Positions 1-13,432 of a stretch of DNA of 64,000 nucleotides are shown here, one piece after another. Positions within the stretch are counted from its first letter, which is position 1, and the number at the start of each line of letters is the position of its first letter. Made by a program: the position numbers and the translations under genes. The stretch comes from Escherichia coli (GTDB lineage Bacteria > Pseudomonadota > Gammaproteobacteria > Enterobacterales > Enterobacteriaceae): NCBI RefSeq assembly GCF_013122565.1, contig NZ_CP053258.1; one strand, written 5' to 3'. The notes beneath the pieces are model-generated. The model saw only the letters and a program-made list of their open reading frames with translations. It did not search any database and was not told where the DNA came from.

Positions 1-70
1 TATCCGGCTTACATATGCGCTCCCCGTAGGTCGGATAAGACGCGCCAGCGTCGCATCCGACATTTTAGGC
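1..70. repeat. REP-like palindromic element downstream of norW
   Basis: GC-rich imperfect palindromes of the gtaggtcggataagacgcgccagcgtcgcatccgac type, characteristic of enterobacterial REP units; sits in an intergenic position. Confidence 0.5.
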
Positions 71-82
71 ACAGTAGCCCAC

Positions 83-1216
83 CTACACCGTCAACGTTTT
101 CAACAATCCAAATGCCTCTTTCATCCGATCCTCACTGACCACAAAGGCGCGAAGCTGGTCAGCATCGTCAACGCCGCGCGCCACCATTCCCTGGCGTTCG
201 GTATTAATCTGCCAGCGTAAATCCTGACGCTGGGTTTCGCCTGCCAGATGCAGCGGTAATTCCGGCGTTTTGATTTTCACCAGCATCGCCGGTAGTTTCA
301 GCGGCGTGTTATTGCCGAGAAGATTTTTTGCCAGCACCATCCCGCTAAGTTGAATCGGCTGCAGGAACGGCAATACCTGACTGTTAATTTCCGCGCAATC
401 GCCCAGCGCGTAAATATCGGCATTACTGGTTTGCAGATAACTATCGACGCAAACGCCGCGATTAATCGTCAGCCCGGCGCGTCGTGCCAGGGCGGTTTCC
501 GGGCGCAGTCCGGTGGCGGCAATTACCGCATCCACTTCGATACTACGCTGGCGGTCCAGCGTTGCCAGAATGCCAGAATCCGTTTTTTCCAGCCCCTGCA
601 ACTGAGATTTCAACAGCAGATGAACGCCCATCTCCGTCAACCGATGCTGCAAGCGGCTGCTTACTTCCGGTGGCATTAACGACGCCAGAATACTGGTAGC
701 GTTGTCGATTAGCGTAACCATTTTGCCTGCACGACAAAAATCCATCGCCAGTTCGCTACCAATCAAACCACCGCCAACAATCAACACGCGTCGGGCATCC
801 CGCAGTTGCGTTTCACAGGCGCGATACTCTTGCTGACTATTTAACGTCAGCATTAACTCACGCCCAGGCACAGGCGGGACAAAGGCGCTGGCACCAGTTG
901 CCAGCACTAACTTGTCGTATTGCCACTGATTATTCTGGCTTTTCACCACATGGGCTTCGGCATCGATATCCGTCACCCAGGTGTGCGGAAACAGGCGCAG
1001 ATTAAACTGCTCGGCAAATTCACCCGCCGTCTGGCGGGTAAGGTCGTCGGCACGTTGCCCCTTACTGATAACATGGCTGAGGTCAGGTTTGTTGTACTCA
1101 TCTATGCTGTCGGCGGCAATCAGGGTTAATGGAATAGTGGCGTCCTGTTTGCGAATATTTTTCACCAGTTGGCGGGCGGCGAAGCCCGAACCGATGATCA
1201 CAATGCCGTTACTCAT
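83..1216 (-). CDS. norW: NADH:flavorubredoxin reductase
   Basis: 377 aa ORF; N-terminal GSGFAA dinucleotide-binding motif and a second GGGLIG motif; overlaps upstream norV stop (ATGA); synteny norR-norV-norW. Confidence 0.93.
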   Translation of the reverse strand: MSNGIVIIGSGFAARQLVKNIRKQDATIPLTLIAADSIDEYNKPDLSHVISKGQRADDLTRQTAGEFAEQFNLRLFPHTWVTDIDAEAHVVKSQNNQWQYDKLVLATGASAFVPPVPGRELMLTLNSQQEYRACETQLRDARRVLIVGGGLIGSELAMDFCRAGKMVTLIDNATSILASLMPPEVSSRLQHRLTEMGVHLLLKSQLQGLEKTDSGILATLDRQRSIEVDAVIAATGLRPETALARRAGLTINRGVCVDSYLQTSNADIYALGDCAEINSQVLPFLQPIQLSGMVLAKNLLGNNTPLKLPAMLVKIKTPELPLHLAGETQRQDLRWQINTERQGMVARGVDDADQLRAFVVSEDRMKEAFGLLKTLTV

Positions 1217-2652
1217 TTTGCCTCCGATGCCAGTTCGTCAAAGACGTCTTTGCCGAGGGAGCATTCCGGGCAGAGGAAGTTATCCGGGACTTCACTCCAC
1301 GGCGTTCCTGGCGCAACGTCCTGCATTGGCTCGCCTTTTGCCGGATCGTAAATCCACTGGCAGACGCTGCACTGCATCCGTGGGCCGAGGTCAGCCGTCG
1401 TGGTGGCAGAGGTTTCTTCTTTAACTACCGTATTCACCGTGCTCTGCGGCAGAGGCGCGAGCGCCCACTGACGGGCGATTTCGCGACCGTGTTCACGGCA
1501 TAACTCCAGAGCGTCCTGGTCTGGTCGCCATTTCGCTTTCAGGCTAAGCGACATTTCGAAACCCGCATCCTGCAGGCGCGTGGAAAGACGATCCACCGCA
1601 CCGCCGCTCCAGCCGTGAGAGCCGAAAGCACTGGCGCGTTTGTTACGGAAGCGTAATCCGGTCATCTCCTCCACCAGCCCGGCGATTTTCGGCATCATCA
1701 CGTTATTCATCGTCGAAGTGCCGACCAGCACGCCTTTTGAGCGGAAGACATTGGTCAGGATTTCGTTTTTATCGCTTCGGGCGACGTTGAAAATTTTCAC
1801 CGCCACGCGTGGGTCGGTTTCCGCAATCCCTTGGGCGATAGCGTCAGCCATCATGCGGGTGTTATTCGACATGGTGTCGTAGAAAATGGTGATTCTGTCT
1901 TCCTGATAATCAGCCGCCCATTTCAGGTACAGCTCGACAATTTGCGTCGGGTTATCGCGCCAGACCACGCCGTGAGAGGTCGCTATCATATCGACTGGTA
2001 AGTTAAAGCCCAGGATCTCGGTAATTTTCGGCGTTACCAGGCGGCTGAACGGCGTAAGGATATTGGCGTAGTAACGCTGGCACTGCTCAAAAAGCTCCGT
2101 CTGATCCACTTCATCGTTGAACAGATGCTCGTCGCAGTAGTGCTGACCGAAAGCATCGTTACTGAACAGCACCGCGTCGCCTGTCAGGTAAGTCATCATG
2201 CTGTCCGGCCAGTGCAGCATTGGTGTTTCGACAAAAATGAGCTGTTTGCCGTTGCCGATATCCAGCGTGTCGCCAGTTTTCACCACATTAAAATTCCACT
2301 CCGGATGATGGTGATGACCATTTATCGAGTCGATAGCGTTGGCAGTACAGTAGATCGGCGTATCGGGAATTTGTGCCATCAGTTCGGTCAGCGCCCCGGC
2401 GTGGTCCTCTTCTGCATGGTTAATCACGATGTAATCGATATCCGCCAGATCGATTTCATTACGCAGGTTCTGCACAAATTCGCGGCTGAATTTATGGTCG
2501 ACGGTGTCGATCAGCACGTTTTTTTCTTCGCGGATGAGGTAGCTGTTGTAGCTGCTGCCGCGCAGCGTTTTATATTCCGTGCCGTGAAAATCACGCACTT
2601 CCCAGTCACGTTGACCCACCCAATGAATGTTATTTTTCACCACAATAGACAT
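1213..2652 (-). CDS. norV: anaerobic nitric oxide reductase flavorubredoxin
   Basis: 479 aa ORF with metallo-beta-lactamase-like HxExDH motif, flavodoxin-like segment and C-terminal rubredoxin CxxC...CPxC motifs; divergent from norR. Confidence 0.93.
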   Translation of the reverse strand: MSIVVKNNIHWVGQRDWEVRDFHGTEYKTLRGSSYNSYLIREEKNVLIDTVDHKFSREFVQNLRNEIDLADIDYIVINHAEEDHAGALTELMAQIPDTPIYCTANAIDSINGHHHHPEWNFNVVKTGDTLDIGNGKQLIFVETPMLHWPDSMMTYLTGDAVLFSNDAFGQHYCDEHLFNDEVDQTELFEQCQRYYANILTPFSRLVTPKITEILGFNLPVDMIATSHGVVWRDNPTQIVELYLKWAADYQEDRITIFYDTMSNNTRMMADAIAQGIAETDPRVAVKIFNVARSDKNEILTNVFRSKGVLVGTSTMNNVMMPKIAGLVEEMTGLRFRNKRASAFGSHGWSGGAVDRLSTRLQDAGFEMSLSLKAKWRPDQDALELCREHGREIARQWALAPLPQSTVNTVVKEETSATTTADLGPRMQCSVCQWIYDPAKGEPMQDVAPGTPWSEVPDNFLCPECSLGKDVFDELASEAK

Positions 2653-2698
2653 AGCAACCTCAATTTATTCAGCGTGTTCTAAAAAGATATCTTGCTAA

Positions 2699-2716
2699 TT
2701 GCAGATTGCGTGCCAT
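2699..2716 (-). promoter_or_regulatory. sigma-54 (-24/-12) promoter of norVW
   Basis: Minus-strand sequence TGGCACgcaatCTGCA matches the TGGCAC-N5-TTGCA consensus with correct GG/GC spacing, about 50 bp upstream of the norV start. Confidence 0.6.
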
Positions 2717-2770
2717 TTTTTTATCTGATTGTTTTTACTCTATAAATAAAATTATGCTCATTAATGAGTA

Positions 2771-2826
2771 GTCAAAATGACTATCAATCAAATGGTCGAT
2801 ATGACAATATCTATAGTCAAATTGAC
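2771..2826. promoter_or_regulatory. three NorR enhancer sites (GT-N7-AC inverted repeats)
   Basis: GTCAaaaTGAC (2771-2781), GTCGataTGAC (2795-2805), GTCAaatTGAC (2816-2826) in the norR-norV divergent intergenic region, upstream of the sigma-54 promoter. Confidence 0.65.
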
Positions 2827-2838
2827 AGTGAGGCAAAG

Positions 2839-4353
2839 ATGAGTTTTTCCGTTGATGTGCTGGCGAATATCGCCATCGAATTGCAGCGTGGGATTGGTCA
2901 TCAGGATCGTTTTCAGCGCCTGATCACCACGCTGCGTCAGGTGCTGGAGTGCGATGCGTCTGCGTTGCTACGTTACGACTCGCGGCAGTTTATTCCGCTT
3001 GCCATCGACGGGCTGGCGAAGGATGTACTCGGTAGACGCTTTGCGCTGGAAGGTCATCCACGGCTGGAAGCGATTGCCCGCGCGGGTGATGTGGTGCGCT
3101 TTCCCGCAGACAGCGAATTGCCCGATCCCTATGACGGTTTGATTCCAGGGCAGGAGAGTCTGAAGGTTCACGCCTGCGTTGGTCTGCCGCTGTTTGCCGG
3201 GCAAAACCTGATCGGCGCATTGACGCTCGACGGAATGCAGCCCGATCAGTTCGATGTTTTCAGCGACGAAGAGTTACGCCTGATTGCCGCGCTGGCGGCG
3301 GGAGCGTTAAGCAATGCGTTGCTGATTGAGCAACTGGAAAGCCAGAATATGCTGCCGGGCGATGCCACGCCGTTTGAAGCGGTGAAACAGACGCAGATGA
3401 TCGGTCTGTCGCCAGGTATGACGCAATTGAAAAAAGAGATTGAGATTGTGGCGGCGTCCGATCTCAACGTCCTGATCAGCGGTGAGACGGGAACCGGTAA
3501 GGAGCTGGTGGCGAAAGCGATTCATGAAGCCTCGCCACGGGCGGTGAATCCGCTGGTCTATCTCAACTGTGCTGCACTGCCGGAAAGTGTGGCGGAAAGT
3601 GAGTTGTTCGGGCATGTGAAAGGAGCGTTTACTGGCGCTATCAGTAATCGCAGCGGGAAGTTTGAAATGGCGGATAACGGCACGCTGTTTCTGGATGAGA
3701 TCGGCGAGTTGTCGTTGGCATTGCAGGCCAAGCTGCTGAGGGTGTTGCAGTATGGCGATATTCAGCGCGTTGGCGATGACCGTAGTTTGCGGGTCGATGT
3801 GCGCGTGCTGGCGGCGACTAACCGCGACTTACGCGAAGAGGTGCTGGCAGGGCGATTCCGCGCCGATTTGTTTCATCGCCTGAGCGTGTTCCCACTTTCG
3901 GTGCCGCCGCTGCGTGAGCGGGGCGATGATGTCATTCTGCTGGCGGGGTATTTCTGCGAGCAGTGTCGTTTGCGGCTGGGGCTCTCCCGCGTGGTATTAA
4001 GTGCCGGGGCGCGAAATTTACTGCAAAACTACAGTTTTCCGGGAAACGTGCGCGAACTGGAACATGCTATTCATCGGGCGGTAGTACTGTCGAGAGCCAC
4101 CCGCAGCGGCGATGAAGTGATTCTTGAGGCGCAACATTTTGCTTTTCCTGAGGTGACGTTGCCGCCGCCAGAAGTGGCGGCGGTGCCCGTTGTTAAGCAA
4201 AACCTGCGTGAAGCGACAGAAGCGTTCCAGCGTGAAACCATTCGCCAGGCACTGGCACAAAATCATCACAACTGGGCTGCCTGCGCGCGGATGCTGGAAA
4301 CTGACGTCGCCAACCTGCATCGGCTGGCGAAACGTCTGGGATTGAAGGATTAA
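2839..4353 (+). CDS. norR: sigma-54-dependent NO-responsive transcriptional activator
   Basis: GAF-type N-terminus, AAA+ sigma-54 activator core (GETGTGKE Walker A, GAFTGA-like loop), C-terminal HTH. Start placed at ATG 2839 (MSFSVDV...); the ORF-track start at 2764 would run through the NorR binding sites. Confidence 0.9.
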   Translation: MSFSVDVLANIAIELQRGIGHQDRFQRLITTLRQVLECDASALLRYDSRQFIPLAIDGLAKDVLGRRFALEGHPRLEAIARAGDVVRFPADSELPDPYDGLIPGQESLKVHACVGLPLFAGQNLIGALTLDGMQPDQFDVFSDEELRLIAALAAGALSNALLIEQLESQNMLPGDATPFEAVKQTQMIGLSPGMTQLKKEIEIVAASDLNVLISGETGTGKELVAKAIHEASPRAVNPLVYLNCAALPESVAESELFGHVKGAFTGAISNRSGKFEMADNGTLFLDEIGELSLALQAKLLRVLQYGDIQRVGDDRSLRVDVRVLAATNRDLREEVLAGRFRADLFHRLSVFPLSVPPLRERGDDVILLAGYFCEQCRLRLGLSRVVLSAGARNLLQNYSFPGNVRELEHAIHRAVVLSRATRSGDEVILEAQHFAFPEVTLPPPEVAAVPVVKQNLREATEAFQRETIRQALAQNHHNWAACARMLETDVANLHRLAKRLGLKD

Positions 4354-5315
4354 ATAATCCCGGCCTGATAGAAATCCTGCAGGTTAATTGCGCCGGTGAG
4401 TTTGCCGTTTTCATCCACCACCGGTGCGGCAGTGATTTTGCGCTTCATCAGGATCTCTTTGGCGTCGATGGCGCGACTTTGTGCCTGTAATGTGGTGCCG
4501 CCTGTCGTCATCGCTTCATTAACTGGCGTGGTGAGTGCGCCGCCGCCAACCAGCCAGCGACGTAAATCGCCGTCGGTAAAGACGCCTTGTACCTGTTGTT
4601 GAGCGTCACATACCGCCACCAGCCCCAGACCGGTGCGGCTGAGTTCCAGCATCGCGTCCATTACACTGGCATTTACCGCTACCTGTGGGATAGCGTCATC
4701 ACGACGCATCAGATGATGCACTTTATTCAGCAAGCGAGCGCCCAGTGCCCCAGCTGGGTGGGAGCGGGCAAAATCTTCTTCATTAAATCCGCGCGCCTGC
4801 ATGACTGCCATAGCTAGTGCGTCGCCCATCATCAGGGTATTGACGGTGCTGGAGGTCGGCGCAAGGTGCATCGGACAGGCTTCGCGTTCTACGGAGATAT
4901 CCAGCACCGCTTTCGCCGCCAGGCCCAGCGGTGACGTCGGTTTGCCGGTCATCGCCAGCAGCGCGATAGATTTATCTTCCAGACGCGGAATAATCAGATC
5001 CAGTTCCTTCGCGCCACCGGAGTAAGAGATAAACAGCATCACATCGCGGCTTTCGATCATCCCCAGATCGCCGTGCAGTGCTTCTGCCGGATGGACAAAA
5101 AAAGCCGGTGTGCCGGTACTGGCAAGTGTTGCGGCGATTTTCTTACCAATGTGGCCCGATTTGCCAATTCCCGAAACCACCACTTTGCCTTCGCAGTGCA
5201 GGATGATATTGGCGGCGCGAACAAAATCATCGCCCAGACGTTCCGGTAAACGGCTTGCTTCCTGCAACTCCAGCATTAACGTCTGACGTCCCGCGTTCAG
5301 TAGTGCTTCACTCAT
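4350..5315 (-). CDS. gutQ: D-arabinose 5-phosphate isomerase (SIS + tandem CBS domains)
   Basis: 321 aa, SIS-domain motif [10 protein letters not shown]-terminal CBS pair; last gene of the srl/gut operon. Confidence 0.9.
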
Positions 5316-6081
5316 TGCTCTCTCCGGTTATGATCACATCGATCCCTTTCTCTTCCAGCGCCTGACGAAACGCCGGATCGATACCTGCGTCGGTAATCAG
5401 CTTATCGACGCTTTCAAGACTGCAAACTACGTTGGGGCTTTTACGGCCAAACTTTGATGAGTCCGCCATCAAAATCACTTCGCGCGCGGCATTGCACATT
5501 GCCTTACTGACGGTATAAACCTCGTTAAAGGTGGTTACGCCCGCATTGAGATCGATGCCGTCGGTGCCCATGAATAATTTGTCGAAGGTGAAATGCTCGA
5601 AGGCATTCTCTGCTAGTTGCCCGTGAAATGAGGCCGATTTTTTGCGAAATGTTCCACCTGGCATCAGGATAGTTTGTTCGTTATCCAATTCGGATAGCGC
5701 ATTGACGATATGCAGGCTGTTGGTCATCACCGTGATGTTATTAAAGCGCGAGAGCAGGGGAACCATCTGCAAAACGGTACTGCCAGCATCCAGAATGATC
5801 GAATCGCCATCATGGATAAAACTAACGGCAGCTTCTGCAATCAGCTCTTTCTTGTGGGTATTGATGAGTGTTTTATGATCGATAGGCGGATCGGATTCCT
5901 CTTTATTCAACACCACTCCGCCATAAGTACGAATGACGGTTCCGGCATGTTCCAGAATGACCAGATCTTTGCGAATGGTTGTGCCTGTGGTGTCAAAGTA
6001 TTGCGCCAATTCTTCAACCGAGCATTTACCCTGCTTTTGCAGATACTCCAGAATGGCGGCCTGACGCTGACGAGGTTTCAT
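5308..6081 (-). CDS. srlR: DeoR-family glucitol operon repressor
   Basis: 257 aa, N-terminal HTH followed by DeoR sugar-binding domain; synteny. Confidence 0.9.
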
Positions 6082-6147
6082 GGGCGTGATTACCTGATTT
6101 AGGTTTCAAAATGATAACTTCGCAAGCAAGTAACATTCACAACGAAA

Positions 6148-6507
6148 TTATCCACGTTTCAGTTTAAGCGCCAATGATAGAGCATTCTGTGATAGTGGAT
6201 CATGGGGAAAGATCACATCGGGCTGTAAATCACCTGCATGCATGCCGGTAATTGCGGGAATTTTTTGCGGTCGGGCGAAGATGGTCAGTCCTTTCATAAA
6301 CAAGGTGTCGACGATGCGCTGCTGATCGTCCAGCGCGATGGCGACCACGACCCGCGGTTTAAAGCGCCCGCTGGAACGGCCCACGCCAACCCGCCCTTGC
6401 TGGCATAGTGTGTCGAAGGCACGGTTAAAACGAGAAATTTGCCAGCCGCCTAAGGCCAGTTGCGCACACCAGGCGATAACGGCGACGGTGATGAGTGCGG
6501 ATACCAT
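6148..6507 (-). CDS. gutM: glucitol operon activator
   Basis: 119 aa with N-terminal hydrophobic segment; position between srlD and srlR. Confidence 0.85.
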   Translation of the reverse strand: MVSALITVAVIAWCAQLALGGWQISRFNRAFDTLCQQGRVGVGRSSGRFKPRVVVAIALDDQQRIVDTLFMKGLTIFARPQKIPAITGMHAGDLQPDVIFPHDPLSQNALSLALKLKRG

Positions 6508-6529
6508 AACTTTTCCTTAATGTAGTGGC

Positions 6530-6606
6530 GGAAGTCCTGTAGGCCTGATAAGCGTAGCGCATCAGGCATTCTATTAGTCTTGCGGAGATCCTTAACGGAT
6601 CTCCGC
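6530..6606. repeat. REP-like palindrome plus a second stem-loop between srlD and gutM
   Basis: gcctgataagcgtagcgcatcaggc (6543-6567) and gcggagatccttaacggatctccgc (6582-6606) are near-perfect palindromes. Confidence 0.5.
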
Positions 6607-6612
6607 TGTTAA

Positions 6613-7767
<1,155 letters not shown>

Positions 7768-7777
7768 GTTTCAGCCT

Positions 7778-9315
<1,538 letters not shown>

Positions 9316-9552
9316 TTATTGTTTTATTACCAAACGGCAACCTAATCTAATCAGATCGAAAGATTTAAAAGTGTTATTTTGATCGCAAAATGAAAGATAA
9401 ATATTTTAATTTGAAAGTTTGAATAAAAGGATAGCGAGGAGAATGAGTTGAGTTATGTAAAGTCCGTATCGGGCAGTGACTACCGCTTCCTTGTGCGGGG
9501 CGGGATGCTTTACCATACTTGCCCCTGGTTGAATCTGTTAAATGGACCCCTC

Positions 9553-10638
9553 ATGTTCAAGCGTCGTTATGTAACATTGCTTCCCCTTTTTGTGTTGCTT
9601 GCCGCCTGTAGCAGCAAGCCAAAACCTACTGAGACTGAAACGACCACCGGAACGCCGTCTGGCGGCTTCCTGCTTGAGCCGCAGCACAATGTGATGCAGA
9701 TGGGCGGTGACTTCGCCAATAACCCGAATGCTCAGCAGTTCATCGACAAAATGGTGAACAAACACGGTTTCGATCGTCAGCAGTTGCAGGAAATTCTCTC
9801 CCAGGCGAAACGTCTGGATTCGGTACTGCGGCTGATGGATAACCAGGCACCAACCACATCGGTGAAACCGCCATCAGGTCCGAACGGCGCATGGCTGCGT
9901 TATCGCAAAAAATTTATTACGCCGGACAACGTGCAGAACGGTGTGGTTTTCTGGAATCAGTATGAAGATGCGTTGAATCGCGCGTGGCAGGTGTATGGCG
10001 TACCGCCGGAAATTATCGTCGGGATTATCGGCGTTGAAACCCGCTGGGGGCGCGTGATGGGGAAAACTCGCATCCTCGATGCGCTGGCAACGCTGTCATT
10101 TAACTACCCACGCCGCGCGGAATATTTCTCTGGCGAGCTGGAAACCTTCCTGCTGATGGCGCGCGACGAGCAGGACGATCCGCTCAATCTGAAAGGTTCC
10201 TTTGCCGGGGCGATGGGCTACGGACAGTTTATGCCGTCGTCTTACAAACAATATGCGGTAGATTTCAGCGGCGACGGGCATATCAACCTGTGGGATCCGG
10301 TTGATGCGATCGGTAGCGTGGCGAATTATTTCAAAGCGCATGGCTGGGTGAAAGGCGATCAGGTCGCGGTAATGGCAAACGGTCAGGCTCCAGGCTTGCC
10401 AAATGGCTTCAAAACCAGGTACAGCATTTCGCAGCTTGCTGCGGCAGGTTTAACGCCACAGCAGCCGCTGGGCAACCATCAACAAGCCAGCCTGCTGCGT
10501 CTGGATGTTGGAACAGGTTACCAGTACTGGTACGGTCTGCCGAACTTCTACACCATTACCCGTTATAACCACAGCACCCATTACGCAATGGCGGTCTGGC
10601 AGTTAGGACAAGCCGTGGCGCTGGCGCGCGTGCAGTAA
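9553..10638 (+). CDS. mltB: membrane-bound lytic murein transglycosylase B (lipoprotein)
   Basis: Start moved to ATG 9553 (MFKRRYVTLLPLFVLLAACSS), which gives a lipoprotein signal with LAAC lipobox; the ORF-track start at 9448 lacks it. Confidence 0.9.
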   Translation: MFKRRYVTLLPLFVLLAACSSKPKPTETETTTGTPSGGFLLEPQHNVMQMGGDFANNPNAQQFIDKMVNKHGFDRQQLQEILSQAKRLDSVLRLMDNQAPTTSVKPPSGPNGAWLRYRKKFITPDNVQNGVVFWNQYEDALNRAWQVYGVPPEIIVGIIGVETRWGRVMGKTRILDALATLSFNYPRRAEYFSGELETFLLMARDEQDDPLNLKGSFAGAMGYGQFMPSSYKQYAVDFSGDGHINLWDPVDAIGSVANYFKAHGWVKGDQVAVMANGQAPGLPNGFKTRYSISQLAAAGLTPQQPLGNHQQASLLRLDVGTGYQYWYGLPNFYTITRYNHSTHYAMAVWQLGQAVALARVQ

Positions 10639-10645
10639 CTATTTG

Positions 10646-10680
10646 CAAGAGGGGGGTTAAACTTCCCTCTCCTTTCTTAC
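10646..10680. terminator. putative bidirectional stem-loop after mltB
   Basis: agaggg...ccctct stem followed by a T-rich run; lies between convergent mltB and the small minus-strand ORF. Confidence 0.4.
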
Positions 10681-10916
10681 TGTTTATTCGAATTACGTAA
10701 TTGCTTGATTTTTTTCGACAGCGATATCGCATATCCCAGGCAGACAACGCCTAATGCAGCCTGGCCGAAGTCGAAAGGTTCAAGATAGCCAGAAGATAAA
10801 ATTTTACATACCACTGCAACCAGGGCGCTGACGCCGCCAATGGTGACCCACATGCGCATTTGCGTAGTCTGTTTGAGCACGTTTTGTGGGGGGTTATCCT
10901 TTTTCTTTGTTGCCAT
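10677..10916 (-). CDS. small predicted membrane protein (about 79 aa), function unknown
   Basis: Start chosen at MATKKK, preceded on the minus strand by a GGGAGAG Shine-Dalgarno at about 7 nt; two hydrophobic helices (WVTIGGVSALVAVVCKIL, AALGVVCLGYAI). I do not recognise it as a named gene. Confidence 0.45.
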   Translation of the reverse strand: MATKKKDNPPQNVLKQTTQMRMWVTIGGVSALVAVVCKILSSGYLEPFDFGQAALGVVCLGYAISLSKKIKQLRNSNKQ

Positions 10917-11097
10917 TGCTTTTCTCTCCCTGTGAATACATATCAATGTGAACGCGGCATGGTAGCCTTTTTTCTTTACCGGTTGGTCGTAACAGTCTTA
11001 TTTCGGAATGCGACTCGTAAAATGAATCGCTCGTCCCCATCTTCTGCGGGAAAGTGCTATCTTGTCCGGCATAAATTTTTGACTGACAGAGGTTGTG

Positions 11098-11595
11098 ATG
11101 ACTGACAGTGAACTGATGCAGTTAAGCGAACAGGTTGGGCAGGCGCTGAAAGCCCGTGGCGCAACCGTAACAACCGCTGAGTCTTGTACCGGCGGTTGGG
11201 TAGCGAAAGTGATTACCGATATTGCCGGTAGCTCCGCCTGGTTTGAACGCGGATTTGTCACCTACAGTAACGAAGCCAAAGCGCAGATGATCGGCGTACG
11301 CGAAGAGACGCTGGCGCAGCATGGCGCGGTGAGCGAACCTGTCGTGGTGGAAATGGCGATAGGTGCACTGAAAGCGGCTCGTGCTGATTATGCCGTGTCT
11401 ATTAGTGGTATCGCCGGGCCGGATGGCGGCAGTGAAGAGAAGCCTGTCGGCACCGTCTGGTTTGCTTTTGCCACTGCCCGCGGTGAAGGCATTACCCGGC
11501 GGGAATGCTTCAGCGGTGACCGTGATGCGGTGCGTCGTCAGGCTACTGCGTATGCATTGCAGACCTTGTGGCAACAATTTCTACAAAACACTTGA
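11098..11595 (+). CDS. pncC: NMN amidohydrolase (CinA-like domain)
   Basis: 165 aa starting MTDSELMQLSEQ; the ORF-track start at 11095 is a GTG one codon upstream of this ATG. Immediately upstream of recA. Confidence 0.9.
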   Translation: MTDSELMQLSEQVGQALKARGATVTTAESCTGGWVAKVITDIAGSSAWFERGFVTYSNEAKAQMIGVREETLAQHGAVSEPVVVEMAIGALKAARADYAVSISGIAGPDGGSEEKPVGTVWFAFATARGEGITRRECFSGDRDAVRRQATAYALQTLWQQFLQNT

Positions 11596-12736
<1,141 letters not shown>

Positions 12737-12756
12737 TCGTCTGGTTTGATACTCAA

Positions 12757-12786
12757 GGGTCGCATCTGCGGCCCTTTTGCTTTTTT
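12757..12786 (+). terminator. stem-loop plus T-run between recA and recX
   Basis: gggtcgcatctgcggccc hairpin followed by ttttgctttttt; consistent with partial termination before recX. Confidence 0.5.
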
Positions 12787-12804
12787 AAGTTGTAAGGATA
12801 TGCC

Positions 12805-13305
12805 ATGACAGAATCAACATCCCGTCGCCCGGCATATGCTCGCCTGTTGGATCGTGCGGTACGCATTCTGGCGGTGCGCGATCACAGTGAGCAAGAATTG
12901 CGACGTAAACTCGCGGCACCGATTATGGGCAAAAATGGCCCGGAAGAGATTGATGCTACGGCAGAAGATTACGAACGCGTTATTGCCTGGTGCCATGAAC
13001 ATGGCTATCTCGATGACAGCCGATTTGTGGCGCGCTTTATCGCCAGCCGTAGCCGCAAAGGTTATGGACCTGCGCGTATTCGTCAGGAACTGAATCAGAA
13101 AGGTATTTCCCGCGAAGCGACAGAAAAAGCGATGAGTGAATGTGACATCGACTGGTGCGCACTGGCGCGCGATCAGGCGACGCGAAAATATGGCGAACCT
13201 TTGCCAACTGTCTTTTCAGAAAAAGTTAAGATCCAGCGTTTTCTGCTCTATCGTGGCTATCTGATGGAAGATATCCAGGATATTTGGCGAAATTTTGCCG
13301 ACTGA
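12805..13305 (+). CDS. recX: RecA regulator RecX
   Basis: 166 aa; position immediately downstream of recA. Confidence 0.92.
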   Translation: MTESTSRRPAYARLLDRAVRILAVRDHSEQELRRKLAAPIMGKNGPEEIDATAEDYERVIAWCHEHGYLDDSRFVARFIASRSRKGYGPARIRQELNQKGISREATEKAMSECDIDWCALARDQATRKYGEPLPTVFSEKVKIQRFLLYRGYLMEDIQDIWRNFAD

Positions 13306-13432
13306 ACGCATACGGTATTTTACTTCCCAGTCAAGAAAACTTATCTTATTCCCACTTTTCAGTTACCAGCCCGGCGGTTAAGACACGCTGGAGCTGGTGG
13401 CGATATTTCGTTAGCTTGATTTCAGGATAATT

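Noticed and set aside
2764-2838. ORF-track N-terminal extension of norR (and similar extensions of mltB, recA, gabP, lhgO, csiD, csiR, emrA, emrB, proX, kbp)
   Set aside because: The extensions run into upstream regulatory sites or lack ribosome-binding sites, while internal ATGs give N-termini matching the expected mature proteins (signal peptides, known first residues).
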